A stretch of 64,000 nt of DNA from a candidate division FCPU426 bacterium (GTDB lineage: Bacteria > Oederibacteriota > Muellerivitia > Muellerivitales > Muellerivitaceae). Below the pieces are notes generated by a model. It did not search any database and was not told the origin of the DNA. It saw only the letters and a program-made list of their open reading frames with translations. The DNA lies in assembly GCA_963796105.1 (NCBI GenBank), contig CAWCKJ010000004.1:1280001-1344000 (forward strand), written 5' to 3'. A program made the translations under genes and the position numbers. Below, one piece after another: positions 1-10,959 of this stretch. Numbering within the stretch: the first letter of the stretch is position 1; every line of letters starts with the position of its first letter.

Positions 1-3000
1 AATATTCCACTCCCGGCCAGCCCCGCTTCGTCGTGGGCTCCATGGGCCCCACGGGCATGCTGCCAGCTTCGGAGGACCCGGACCTGGGCAAAGTCACGGT
101 GGACGAGCTGGAAGCTGTTTATTACGAGCAGGCCTAGTATCATGATCGACGCTGGCGTAGACGCCTTACTGATCGAGACCAGCCAGGATATCCTGGAAAT
201 GCGAGCCGCGGTTTTCGGATGTCACCGCGCCCGGCAGGAGAAGAAAGCCGGCGTCGCGCTCATGGCGCAGACCACCCTGGACACGACGGGCCGCATGCTT
301 TTGGGAACCGACATTGGCTCGGTTCTTTCCACCTTTTCCCGGCTTCCCATCGATGTGATCGGAATGAACTGTTCAACCGGCCCTAAGGAAATGAAGGACC
401 CGGTCAGGTATCTTTCCCAGTTTTCGCCTTTTCCCATTTCCACCATTCCCAACGCGGGCCTGCCTGAGAACCGGGGGGGCCACGCGGTGTACCCCCTGAC
501 GCCCGAGGCCCTAGCCGCCGCCCTCAAGGAATTCGTGGAGGAATACGGCGTCAGTGTGGTAGGGGGCTGCTGTGGCTCCACCCACGAGCACATGAGGCAG
601 GTCGTGGCCGCCATCGGACGGCGGGCCCCCAAGAAGCGCGCCCTCACGCACCTTTGCGACGTTTCCTCCATGATTAAGGGAGTTTCCATGGATCAGGACC
701 CCAAACCCTTGATCGTGGGGGAGCGGGTCAACGCCCAGGGGTCCCGCAAGATCAAGCAGATGCTCCTGGCGGAAGATTACGACGGGATGGTGGTGGTGGG
801 GCGGGGCCAGGCCGAAGGCGGGGCCCACGTGCTGGACGTTTGCGTGGCGGTGACCGAGCGCACCGATGAGAAGGAGCAGATGAAGAAGGTCGTGAAAAAG
901 ATGGCGCTCGGGGTAGACACCCCCCTCATGATCGACTCCACCGAGGCGGAGGTGGTGGAGGCCGCCTTGAAGACCTATCCGGGCAGGGCCCTCATCAATT
1001 CCATCAACCTGGAGGGGGACGGCTCCCGGGTGCGGAAATTCTGCCCCCTGGCCAAGAAATACGGCGCGGCCCTGGTGGCCATGACGATTGACGACCTCTA
1101 TTACGACAAGTCCAAGTCCCAAGAAAAGGGAATGGCCAAGACCGCGGCCCGAAAGCTGGAAGTGGCCAAGAAGATCACCGAAATCTGCGTGACGGAGTAC
1201 GGCATTCCCGCCGACGACCTGGTGTTCGACGCGCTCACCTTCACCCTCGCCACCGGCGAGGAGGAGTTCAGGAACTCGGCGGTGGAAACCCTGGAGGGCA
1301 TCCGGCTTATCAAAAAGGAAATGCCGGGGGTGAGGACGATCCTGGGCGTTTCCAACGTGTCCTTCGGGCTGGCCAAGCCCGCGCGCGAAGTCCTCAATTC
1401 CGTCTTCCTGTACCACAGCGTGAAGGCGGGACTGGACCTGGCGATCCTGAACCCCGCGGACATCAAGCCCTACTCGTCCATCCCCGAGGAGGAAAGGCGC
1501 CTGGCGGACGACCTGGTTTTCAACAAGGAGCCCGACGCCCTGGCCAAGTTCATCCAGCATTTCGCCGGGAAGGCCCCTGTGGAAAGCCAGGGGGGCAAGC
1601 GACCCCACCGAGGGCATGACCCCCGCGCAGAAGGTGCATTGGAAGATCGTCAACCGCAAGCCCGACAAGATCGAGGAGGACCTCTCCGAGGTGCTGAAGG
1701 GAAAAAGCGCCGTGGACACCCTCAACACCGTCCTGCTTCCCGCGATGAAGGAAGTGGGGGACAAGTTCGGGGCCGGGGAACTGATATTGCCCTTCGTCCT
1801 GCAATCCGCCGAGGTCATGAAAAAGGCCGTGAGCTACGTGGAGCAGTTCCTGTACAAGAACACCTCCGCCAGCAAGGGCAAGGTAGTCCTGGCCACGGTT
1901 TACGGGGACGTGCACGACATCGGCAAGAACCTGGTGCGGACGATCCTCGCCAACAACGGCTTCACGGTGCTACGACCTGGGCAAGCAGGTGCCCATTTCC
2001 ACCATCATCGCCAAGGCCCAGGAAGTGAAGGCCGACGCCATCGGGCTCTCGGCCCTGCTGGTCGTGACCTCCAAACAGATGCCCATTTGCGTGCAGGAAT
2101 TGGAGAAGATGGGCCTGTCCTACCCCGTGGTGGTGGGCGGCGCGGCCATCAACCGCCGTTACGGCTACCGCATGAGCTTCGTGGACGGCGAGCATTTCTA
2201 CGAGCCGGGGGTTTATTACGCCAAGGACGCCTTCGAGGGCCTGGATATCCTCAACGCCCTGTCGGACCTAGCCAGCCGGGAAACCTTCCGCAACCGCATC
2301 AAGGAGGAAGCCTTGAAGTCCAAGGCCGCCGGGTTCGCCGAGGTGAAACAATCCGAGGAGGAAGCCACGCCTGAGAAATTTCCTCCCACGGTGAAGCCGG
2401 CCTTGAGCATCCCGAAGAACCCCTTCGCGGGGACTTCCATCATCAACAAGGTGCCATTACGGGAAATTTGGCCCTACCTGGACCTGACCCAGCTTTACAA
2501 GCTCAACTGGGGGGTAAAGGGCAAGGATTCCGAAGAATACAAGAGCCTCATCAAGGCTCAGTTCGAGCCCATGCGCTTGAAAATGCAGGAGGAGAGTCTT
2601 GGCCAAGGGCTGGTTCGAGCCCAAGCTGGTTTACGGGTTTTTTCTGGCCAACTCCGACGGAAACGACCTGCTTATATATGAAGGCAACAGCCAAGAAGGA
2701 ATTGGAACGGTTCGGATTTCCCCGCCAGAGGGTGGGAAGGCACCTATGCCTGTCCGATTATTTCAAGAGCGTCTCCTCGGGCGAGAAAGACGTGGTGGCT
2801 TTCCAGGTCGTTACTATCGGCAATAAGGCCACCGAGATCGTGGAACAGTTGAACAAGGATGGAAAATACTCCGAAAGCTACTATTTACACGGGTTGGCGG
2901 TGCAGACGGCGGAAGCCATGGCGGAATGGATCCACCGCAGAATCCGGAAGGAATGGAACCTGCCTATCGGGCAAGGGAAACGTTATTCGCCGGGCTACCC

Positions 3001-3163
3001 AGCCTGCCCCGAGCAATCCGACCAGGAGAAATATTTCAGGCTCCTAGACACAACGAAAGCCATCGGCGTCACCCTGACGGAAGCCTTCATGATGGTGCCG
3101 GAACAGTCCACAAGCGCCATCGTGGTCCACCATCCCGAGTGCGAGTATTTCGCGGTTAGATAA
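1..3163 (+). CDS. metH: Cobalamin-dependent methionine synthase (5' partial; five apparent +1 frameshifts)
   Basis: Hcy-binding domain (GMNCSTGP, GGCCG), pterin-binding domain (IVGERVNAQGSRK), B12-binding GDVHDIGKNLV and activation domain (RYSPGYPACP) are spread over ORFs 142-2028, 1616-2374, 1989-2681, 2599-2826 and 2468-3163; frame changes near 135, 1600, 1972, 2598 and 2690. Confidence 0.93.
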
Positions 3164-3213
3164 GTGGGAGTCTCAATTAACAATTTGTATTTTATGTCCA
3201 AGGGAGCTGAATC

Positions 3214-3390
3214 ATGAAAAACGTGGAAATGAAAGTGGATGGCAATATCTTGACGATCAAGGTGGACCTGTCGAAGGAATACGGCCCGTCCGCCTCCGGA
3301 AAGACCACCATCATCGCTTCGACTGAGGGCAACATCTCGGTTCCCGAGCGCAATGAAAAAGTGGGTCTGAACGTTTATATAAAGAAATAG
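3214..3390 (+). CDS. Small conserved hypothetical protein (58 aa), absent from the ORF track
   Basis: Translated by hand: MKNVEMKVDGNILTIKVDLSKEYGPSASGKTTIIASTEGNISVPERNEKVGLNVYIKK; AGGGAG RBS upstream; fills the gap after metH. Confidence 0.85.
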   Translation: MKNVEMKVDGNILTIKVDLSKEYGPSASGKTTIIASTEGNISVPERNEKVGLNVYIKK

Positions 3391-3414
3391 CCCTATTCCC
3401 AAGGCTGGGTTCTA

Positions 3415-5571
3415 TTGTCCCAAATATCCAAAAAAGATTTTATCCGCAAGAATCCCAATCTCCCCGTGGAGGAATTATCCCTTCAAACGGGATTGAGCCA
3501 CCGGCAGGTCCGGAAGATCCTCGAACGTTTGAAAGAGAGGGTGCAATCCGCCGCGCCGGACCATCACGGCCCCTCCGTGAACCAGCGCTGGCTTTGGACG
3601 ATGGCGCTCATACCTGTTTTTCTCACGCTTTTGTTTTACTTTCCCGTCCTCCGGAATGAGTTTTCAAATTGGGATGACGCGGAAATCATCACAGAAAACC
3701 TTCATATCCGTTCCCTGAATTTCGCCAACCTTTCCTGGATGTTCTCGGATCTCCGGTCTGGGAACTGGATGCCGCTCACCTGGCTTTCCTTCGCCCTGGA
3801 TTACCGCTGGGGCGGGCTGAACCCCATGGCCTATCACCTGGATAATCTTTTGATGCATGCCCTTAATACCTTGCTGGTGTTTTTTCTGGGTTTCCGCTTG
3901 TTGAACCTGGCAACTTCAAAGATGAGCCAGTCCGGCTTGGCTTTTTCCGGGAATGGAGAGGTAACCGCGGCCTTTCTGGCCGCGCTTATTTTCGGCCTTC
4001 ATCCCATCCATGTGGAATCAGTCGCCTGGGCGACGGAGCGGAAAGACGTACTGTACGGATTATTTTTTCTCCTGAGCCTTTTGACATACCTTGATTACGT
4101 TTCCTCGCGGGATCAAAAAGCGTCCAAATATTACGCTTGTTTGGGTTTCTTTTTATTGTCACTGACGGCAAAACCCATGGCCATGACGCTTCCGGTTGTT
4201 TTGCTACTGCTGGATGCCTGGCCGCTGGACAGGTTTCCAGTGAACCGCTTTAAGTTACTGATGGAAAAAGTCCCTTTCTTTCTCCTTTCTTTCCTTTCGG
4301 GTTTGTTGGCTATTGCCGCGCAGGCGCAAGCCGGCGCCTTGTCGGGGCTTCAACACTTAAGTCCCGCTTTCCGCTTCATGAACGCGCTCCACTCGCTGGT
4401 TTTTTATTTGGCCAAATTAGCCTTCCCAATCCGTTTGGCGGCTTATTATCCGCTGCCATCCGAGACTGAAGTTTTCTCCGCCGAGTATCTTCTCGCGGGA
4501 ATATTAGTTGTGATTATTACATTATCTTGTTTTTATTACCGCCATAGGCTCCCCTATTTGGCAGCGACATGGTTGTTCTATTTGGCCACGATCACTCCAG
4601 TGATAGGCCTCGTTCAAGTTGGAAGCCAGGCGGCCGCGGACCGATATACCTATATCCCCACATTGGGCTTCATCCTTCTTTTCGCGGCCGGTGCGGTTTT
4701 TTTGTTTCAAAGTTTCCAATTTGCCGGAGCTTTGGGAGCCATGGCTTTGACGATGGGGTTGGGTTACGGCACCCACCTTCAGGTGGAAACTTGGGGAACG
4801 CCGGTCAAACTTTGGGAAAACGTGGTTCGGGTTTATCCGGGCGTCAACGAGGTGGCTTATTGCGACTTGGCGAATGCCTACCGCGTGGCTAACCGGCTGG
4901 ACGAGGCCCTGAAAGCCTATGATCAGGCGATTTCCCTGAAGCCTTCCAGCCTCGTGGAGCATGAGGGAAAAGGAATCGTCCTTTTCGGCTTGGGGAAGGC
5001 GAAGGAATCCATCGAGGAATTCAAGAAAGCCATCGAGTTGGACCCCCAGTCCGCCTCGCCCCACCGCGACCTATGGCTGGTTTATGACCGCATGGGCATG
5101 AGGAAGGAAGAATTGGAGGAGGCCGAAGAGGCGGTCAAGATGGAGCCCGATTACGTGGATGCCTACAACAGCCTGGCGATCAGTTACGGGTACGCCGGCC
5201 AATATGAAAAGTCGATCGAGGCTTTTCAAAAGGCCCTCAGGATCGATCCCGGGAACCCCCAGTTCCTCGTGAATTTGGCCACCACCTACCAGCGCCTGGG
5301 GAAATATGAGGATGCCATCGAATTATATAAAAAGGCCATCGGCCGGGATCCCAGCCAGCCCGTTTATTACCTCAACCTGGGGAACACCTATCTGCTACGG
5401 AAAAGTTACCCGGAGGCGATCGAGGCCTTGGAGCAAGCCGCCAACCTCCAGCCGGAAAATCCCGCCATCTTCAAGAAGTTGGCGCAGGTTTATGAAAAGA
5501 ACGGGCAGAAGGAGAAGGCGGCCGAGAATGAGGCCAAGGCCATGAGTTTGGAAAAACCGGGACAACCCTGA
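3415..5571 (+). CDS. TMTC-like multi-pass membrane protein with C-terminal TPR repeats (putative protein O-mannosyltransferase)
   Basis: NWDD, HPIHVESVAWATERKD and ADRYTYIP motifs; many TM segments; about 7 TPRs. Confidence 0.8.
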   Translation: MSQISKKDFIRKNPNLPVEELSLQTGLSHRQVRKILERLKERVQSAAPDHHGPSVNQRWLWTMALIPVFLTLLFYFPVLRNEFSNWDDAEIITENLHIRSLNFANLSWMFSDLRSGNWMPLTWLSFALDYRWGGLNPMAYHLDNLLMHALNTLLVFFLGFRLLNLATSKMSQSGLAFSGNGEVTAAFLAALIFGLHPIHVESVAWATERKDVLYGLFFLLSLLTYLDYVSSRDQKASKYYACLGFFLLSLTAKPMAMTLPVVLLLLDAWPLDRFPVNRFKLLMEKVPFFLLSFLSGLLAIAAQAQAGALSGLQHLSPAFRFMNALHSLVFYLAKLAFPIRLAAYYPLPSETEVFSAEYLLAGILVVIITLSCFYYRHRLPYLAATWLFYLATITPVIGLVQVGSQAAADRYTYIPTLGFILLFAAGAVFLFQSFQFAGALGAMALTMGLGYGTHLQVETWGTPVKLWENVVRVYPGVNEVAYCDLANAYRVANRLDEALKAYDQAISLKPSSLVEHEGKGIVLFGLGKAKESIEEFKKAIELDPQSASPHRDLWLVYDRMGMRKEELEEAEEAVKMEPDYVDAYNSLAISYGYAGQYEKSIEAFQKALRIDPGNPQFLVNLATTYQRLGKYEDAIELYKKAIGRDPSQPVYYLNLGNTYLLRKSYPEAIEALEQAANLQPENPAIFKKLAQVYEKNGQKEKAAENEAKAMSLEKPGQP

Positions 5572-5597
5572 AATTAAGAAGTTCGCGGAGGAATAAA

Positions 5598-6041
5598 ATG
5601 CCTGACCTTCAAACCATGATCCAAGAAAACCGCGAGGAACGGGAGAGGCTTTCGGCATTGATGGCGGGCCTGAAAGACGGGGATTTCGGGCGCCGCCTGC
5701 CCAACGGCTGGTCCGTGACCGTCACCCTGGCCCACCTGGCCTATTGGGATCTTTACCAATGGAATCTGCTGAAACGCTGGCTGGCTGAAGGAGGAAAACC
5801 CGCGCAAGGAGTAACTGACTCCCGCTACGTGAACGACCCTTTAAGCGTCCTTTCCGAATCCATTTCACCCCAGGCCGTGGTCCTTCTGGCGGCGGACGCG
5901 GCCGAGGCCATTGACCGGATGGTGGAGAGACTTACCCCAGCCCAAGCGGAAGAATTGCTGAAGATGGGTTTGGAGCGAACCCTTCACCGGGCGCTGCACC
6001 GGCGAAATCACCTGGAAAAAATCGAAAAGGCCCTCAGGTAG
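5598..6041 (+). CDS. DinB / maleylpyruvate isomerase N-terminal-like protein
   Basis: GWSVTVTLAHLAYWD and C-terminal HRRNH metal-ligand pattern. Confidence 0.7.
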   Translation: MPDLQTMIQENREERERLSALMAGLKDGDFGRRLPNGWSVTVTLAHLAYWDLYQWNLLKRWLAEGGKPAQGVTDSRYVNDPLSVLSESISPQAVVLLAADAAEAIDRMVERLTPAQAEELLKMGLERTLHRALHRRNHLEKIEKALR

Positions 6042-6059
6042 TACCCTGATTTAAAACCG

Positions 6060-7589
6060 TCAGGGTTTCTCTTTTTGAAATTCCACCGGTTTGTCGGGCT
6101 TGGGGATGACCTGTAGTGTCCAAGGACGGGTCACGGACTCGGTGACCGTGGAATCATCCGCCGGTCCTTCCACCTTCCAATGGACGACCCACTGGTCCCC
6201 GCCCTGGTCCAAGCTGGTCATGTTGACGGAGTAGCCCCCCGTCGGCTCCTCGCCCGCCTGCATGAAGACCACCGCCTGGTTGTCGAAATCCAACTTGGGC
6301 GCCGGTTCCTCGGGGCGCAGGAACTTCCAGGTTTCCTGGAGCGTCTTGGAATCGGTGATCAGTCCCGCCTGCTCAACGGTGGATATTCCGTTATCCCCGC
6401 TATAAACCGAGGCGGGCCCGGCTTGAACCGCCCTTCCCGTGGCCGCTGGAACCGCCTCCATCGTCAAGCCCGAAGATGAGGTGATCGCGGGTCCCATCTC
6501 CTCGCTGTAACCAGATTCGGGAGGAGGTGGAAGTTCCTTGCTGGTATCCGGGGGAGCTTCCTCCTTCACCGCCGAATCCAGAGCCGCCGGTGCCGGTGAT
6601 TCCATCGCTTTCTTGGCAGCCGGCTTGGCGATGTTTATAGCCATTTTCTTGGACGCGGGCAAAGCCGCCACCACCATAGGTTGGCCCGCGGAGGCTGTCT
6701 CCGAGGCTCCCGGGATGGTGTTGGTGGGAAGGAAGAGTTGGGGCGATTGCAGGCCGCCGGAAGCCTCGGCCTTGTTCTCCTGTTCCATGGGAAGGGAGGC
6801 CATCGGGGCTGAAGAGGGGGCGAGATCTTTCGACACGCCTGTATTCCCTTGCGAAGGGAGTTCCTGGGGGGAGGATTCGTCAGGGGCCTTCAAGCGGTTC
6901 ATGGCAAAGACTGTTTCCCCCGGGGCCTCCCCGGCGGGAGCTTCTTTGGCATAGGCCAGGACCTCAGTGTTTTCCTCCATGTGCCGGACCGCCTTTTTCT
7001 TGGCTCGCATGGCCATCATTCGAACGGGACGCGCGGATCTCTGAGGGGCCTGTTCCATATAGCCTGCTTTTTCATAAGGAGCTGGTTTATTCATGGCCAA
7101 GACCGTTTTGGTTTTATCGGTTTGATCCGCCGACTGGGCCTGGGAAACCGATTCATTGCCCTCAGCCGTTACCTGGGGGCTGGCCACTTTCGCCGATTCC
7201 CACAAGCCCGGGTTCAAGGCTATGACCAACAAGGCAACCAATCCCGAGGCGGCAAGGGCCCAATAGGGAAAAAATTGGAACTTTCTCTTTAAGGGACTGA
7301 AGACAGGTTTTATGGGGCCGGCTGGAGCGGGAGCCGGTTTTTTCTCGGGAACAGGCTTCTTCTCCTCGACGACAAAGTCCATGATTTTCCTATGAAGGTC
7401 GAGCGGGGCATTCGGCTCAGGCAGTCCCGCCATGGCCTCGAATAGGACCTGCACGGATTCCAAGTCCTGCTGGGCCTCGGGGCAGATCTTCAGATGGGCT
7501 TCCACCTGGTCCCTCCGCGCGGGAGAAAGGGATTTTTCCGCGTAAAAAGGGATCAGGGGATGGATCTTCTCGCAGTCGCTCATAACCAC
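6060..7589 (-). CDS. zf-HC2 anti-sigma factor with low-complexity linker and C-terminal PrcB-like domain
   Basis: N-terminal CEKI...VEAHLKIC, one TM helix, C-terminal DFDNQAVVFMQAGEEPTGGYSV; overlaps the upstream ECF sigma gene. Confidence 0.75.
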   Translation of the reverse strand: MVMSDCEKIHPLIPFYAEKSLSPARRDQVEAHLKICPEAQQDLESVQVLFEAMAGLPEPNAPLDLHRKIMDFVVEEKKPVPEKKPAPAPAGPIKPVFSPLKRKFQFFPYWALAASGLVALLVIALNPGLWESAKVASPQVTAEGNESVSQAQSADQTDKTKTVLAMNKPAPYEKAGYMEQAPQRSARPVRMMAMRAKKKAVRHMEENTEVLAYAKEAPAGEAPGETVFAMNRLKAPDESSPQELPSQGNTGVSKDLAPSSAPMASLPMEQENKAEASGGLQSPQLFLPTNTIPGASETASAGQPMVVAALPASKKMAINIAKPAAKKAMESPAPAALDSAVKEEAPPDTSKELPPPPESGYSEEMGPAITSSSGLTMEAVPAATGRAVQAGPASVYSGDNGISTVEQAGLITDSKTLQETWKFLRPEEPAPKLDFDNQAVVFMQAGEEPTGGYSVNMTSLDQGGDQWVVHWKVEGPADDSTVTESVTRPWTLQVIPKPDKPVEFQKEKP

Positions 7590-8155
7590 TCCTTCAGTTT
7601 CTCCCGGAGAAATACCCGGCCCCGGGCAATCCGGGACTTGACCGTGCCGGTACTTATTTTCAATTCCTTGGAGATTTCCGAGTAATTCAAGCCCTCCAGG
7701 TCCCTCAGGATCACGGCTTCCCGGAAGTCCGGCGGGAGCATGTGCACCGCCTCCTGGATGGCCTTGTTCAAGTTTCCCCTTTCTATCTCCTGGGCTGTGA
7801 GGGTTTTGGGATCGACCGCCCGGTCAAAAAGGGACAATCCCTCCGCGGCCTTGTTCACGGTTTCCAACACCTGCACCTTTTCGCGGTTTTTCGCCGACCG
7901 GATCGCGTTACGGCAATGGTTCACGGCGATGGCGTATATCCACGTGGAAAGGGAGCTATCCCCCCGGAACCCGGAAAGGGACCGATAAACCCGGAGGAAT
8001 ATCTCCTGGCAGGCGTCCGTGGAATCGACCGGATCGTTCATGAACCGGAAGGCGACGCGGTACACCATTTTCTCAAAGGCCCGAACCAGTTTCTCGAAGC
8101 CTTCGTCCCCGCCGAGGGCGTCCTGGACCATCTTTTTCCCTGTTTCCCGGTCCAT
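7580..8155 (-). CDS. ECF RNA polymerase sigma-70 factor (start uncertain; ORF open to 8287)
   Basis: DACQEIFLRVY, SSLSTWIYAIAVN, EGLNYSEISKELKISTGTVKSRIARGR. Confidence 0.92.
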   Translation of the reverse strand: MDRETGKKMVQDALGGDEGFEKLVRAFEKMVYRVAFRFMNDPVDSTDACQEIFLRVYRSLSGFRGDSSLSTWIYAIAVNHCRNAIRSAKNREKVQVLETVNKAAEGLSLFDRAVDPKTLTAQEIERGNLNKAIQEAVHMLPPDFREAVILRDLEGLNYSEISKELKISTGTVKSRIARGRVFLREKLKEWL

Positions 8156-8501
8156 TACGCCAGGAATCTTCATATTCAGGGGAACCGACAGAAGCGCCTG
8201 GAGGGCTTCCCCTAGATTGGACACCCATCGGGGCAAAAAGTTCCCGGAAGGGAAACCGATGGGATAAGCCGGGGTCAGGGAAAACATTCCGGTATTTTAA
8301 CAAAGGTTTTGAATTTCAGTCCTTGAATTGAATCGATCCCTCTCAACCGGAATATCCCTTTAAAGCCAAAGAGAACAGGGTGATAGGCCAATATTGCCTA
8401 TTAATTACGCGATTTCCCGCTTTCCGGAGCGGCATTCTTTTTCCGGGAACTTTTTAAGACCAGGTGGTTCTAACTCTTCAAAGCAGTAAACACCAAGGAG
8501 G

Positions 8502-10181
8502 ATGAAAATGAATAGGAATATTGGTTGGATCTTTTGTATAGCCCTGGCCTGGGGCTGGACCGCCCCGGGGTTCGGGGAAGTGACGGCTGTGACCCATCCC
8601 AGGCAGGTCACGGTTTTCCCGGATAACGCCCGGGTGACCCGGGAGGGGTCGCTGGAACTTAAGGCCGGTCCCCAAAAGGTGGCTTTTCCCGACCTGCCCG
8701 CTTCGGTGGTCGGATCGTCCCTGAGGCTGACGGTCGAGGGGCCCCGGGGCACGAAACTTTACGGCGTGAACCTGCGCAATGACTTCACCTCCGACGTGGT
8801 GGAGGAACGAACCCGCGTTCTGAGAAACAAAATCCAGGGATTGGAGGACCAAAAAACCGATCTGTCCGACCAGATCGAGTCCAGGAAAACCGAGGTTGAG
8901 CTTCTCAAGGAGCTGGGTAAGGAAGGCACCCACACCGCCACCATCCAGGGGCCCGCCCATCCCGAGACCCTAATGGATTTCACCCATTCGGCGGACGCCG
9001 TCGGGAAGAGGATCGCCATTTTGACAGCCGCCAACCGGAAGGACGAAAGAGCCGCCAGGAGCCTGGAGGGACGCGTCCAGGCCCTGAAGAACCAGCTATC
9101 CGAAGGGAGCGCTCCGGCCCGCGAGAAACGCGTCGCCGAGGCCGACCTGGACCTGCCGGAGGCGGGGACCGTGCGATTCGTACTCGACTATCAGGTGTCC
9201 GGGGCCTCCTGGACGCCGCTCTATGACCTGAGGCTCAACACCGAGGGCGAGAAGCCGGGCTTGAACCTGGACTTCAACGCGGGCGTGCGCCAGAACACAG
9301 GCGAGGACTGGAAGAATGTCGCGCTCACGCTTTCCACCTCGCGGCCCACGGAAGGAACCCAGGTGCCGGACCCCACCAACTGGTGGCTGGACTTCCGGAA
9401 TTTCGCTCCAAAGCCTATGTCCAATACTTTCGGAACTTTGGGTTACGCGCGGATGGATAAGGAGGAGCGAAACAAGTTAAAAGCCGCCGATGTCGCCGCG
9501 TATGCGCCGCCGGCCCCGGCCGAGGTCGTCGAGGCGGAAACCGTCAGGTCCGAGTACGCAGTTTCCTTCTCCATTCCGGTCCGCCGGGATGTCCCTTCGG
9601 ACGGGTCCGAACACCGGGTGGGAATCGCGCAAGAGTCACATCCCGTCAAGCTGACCCTGGTGGTGGTGCCGAGGCTCTCCCAGGCGGCCTACCTGGAAGC
9701 CAAGATCACCTATAACGGGGAGCAGGCCCTCTTGCCCGGCAAAGCCCAGCTTTTCCGGGATGGGGATTTCGTAGGCGCGGCCTCCTTGTCCGCCAAGGCC
9801 CCGGGCGAGGCTATCGAGTTGGGTTTCGGCCAGGACAACCAGGTTCATGTCGAAAGGAAAGCCGTGAAGGACCTGGCGGGCAAGGCCGGAGGCCTTTTCG
9901 ACTTCAATAAGGGCGAGCGCCAATACCGGTGGATCACCACCATCGCCAACTACCACCAGGGAAACCGGTCCATCGTGGTGCGGGAACAACTGCCGCGGTC
10001 CCGGCAGAAAAACATCGAGGTGGAATCCGGCGACCTGATGCCCAAGCCGGAAAAGGAGAACCCGGACAAACCCGGGCTGGTTTGCTGGAAACTAGATTTG
10101 AAGCCCAAACAAAACCAGAAAATCGACTTCTCCTACAAGGTGAAATACCCAGCGGGTATCGAGGTGGAAGGATTGGAATAA
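8502..10181 (+). CDS. Mucoidy inhibitor MuiA family (DUF4140/DUF4139) secreted protein
   Basis: Signal peptide, VTVFPDNARVTR, coiled coil, ASWTPLYDLR, QNTGEDW; GGAGG RBS. Confidence 0.85.
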   Translation: MKMNRNIGWIFCIALAWGWTAPGFGEVTAVTHPRQVTVFPDNARVTREGSLELKAGPQKVAFPDLPASVVGSSLRLTVEGPRGTKLYGVNLRNDFTSDVVEERTRVLRNKIQGLEDQKTDLSDQIESRKTEVELLKELGKEGTHTATIQGPAHPETLMDFTHSADAVGKRIAILTAANRKDERAARSLEGRVQALKNQLSEGSAPAREKRVAEADLDLPEAGTVRFVLDYQVSGASWTPLYDLRLNTEGEKPGLNLDFNAGVRQNTGEDWKNVALTLSTSRPTEGTQVPDPTNWWLDFRNFAPKPMSNTFGTLGYARMDKEERNKLKAADVAAYAPPAPAEVVEAETVRSEYAVSFSIPVRRDVPSDGSEHRVGIAQESHPVKLTLVVVPRLSQAAYLEAKITYNGEQALLPGKAQLFRDGDFVGAASLSAKAPGEAIELGFGQDNQVHVERKAVKDLAGKAGGLFDFNKGERQYRWITTIANYHQGNRSIVVREQLPRSRQKNIEVESGDLMPKPEKENPDKPGLVCWKLDLKPKQNQKIDFSYKVKYPAGIEVEGLE

Positions 10182-10188
10182 AGGCGAA

Positions 10189-10230
10189 TAAAAAAAGGCC
10201 GGGAGGATTTTCCTTCCCGGCCTTTTTTAT
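10189..10230. terminator. Bidirectional intrinsic terminator
   Basis: A-tract, GGCCGGGA...TCCCGGCC stem, T-tract between convergent genes. Confidence 0.85.
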
Positions 10231-10246
10231 TGTATGTTCCCGGTTT

Positions 10247-10876
10247 TTAGTTGTACTTCACGTGGCAGCCGTAGGGGGAAGTGGAGGAGATGGAAACCTT
10301 CTTATTTTTTTCGAGGGCTTCGGTCAATGCCCGGTTCACATAGTTCACATAGGGCTCGCCGGTTTCAGTCTTGGTGATTTCCTCATCCACGCGGGGGGCG
10401 TTGTCGATGGCGCCGTCGTAAATCAAGATCCCCTTGGGGTCAATGATGAACATGTGGGGAGTGGTTTTGGCGTCATAGGCGCGGCCGATCACGCCCTTGG
10501 GATCCAGGATGGAGGCCGTGACATGGGCGCCCGTATTTTGAACGTCCTCGTTGGCCTCGGGCGCCGTGACGTAGCCTTCTTTTTTGGGCGCGGAGGAAAT
10601 CACCGTGAACCATTGGACGCCTTTCTTGGCCCATTTGGCCTGGAGTTTCTGCATCTTGCCCTTGTACTGGCTCACCACGAAGGGACAATTTTGGTTGTGC
10701 CATTCCAATACCACGAATTTGCCCTTCAACTGGGAAAGTTTATACTGCTTCAAGTTGCTGGACGTCCCGGTGAAATCCGGGGCGGATGACCCCACTTTGG
10801 CCGCCTGGGCCGGGGTCCATAATCCCAAAACCGCCAAGGCCAGGATTGTTCCCAATGCTTTTTTGATCTTTCCCAT
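10247..10876 (-). CDS. Redoxin / AhpC-TSA family thioredoxin-like protein
   Basis: APDFT, VVLEWHNQNCPFV, AKTTPHMFII, YDGAID, YGCHVKY. Confidence 0.88.
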   Translation of the reverse strand: MGKIKKALGTILALAVLGLWTPAQAAKVGSSAPDFTGTSSNLKQYKLSQLKGKFVVLEWHNQNCPFVVSQYKGKMQKLQAKWAKKGVQWFTVISSAPKKEGYVTAPEANEDVQNTGAHVTASILDPKGVIGRAYDAKTTPHMFIIDPKGILIYDGAIDNAPRVDEEITKTETGEPYVNYVNRALTEALEKNKKVSISSTSPYGCHVKYN

Positions 10877-10959
10877 CTTTTTTCTCCTTGAGTTTTTTTA
10901 CAGGTAAAATACGAATCCAGCCTAACCGATCCTCAACCGTTAAATAAAGACGCCATTAT

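Noticed and set aside
135..2700. Programmed ribosomal frameshifting in metH
   Set aside because: Five sites without consistent slippery motifs; sequencing error is far simpler
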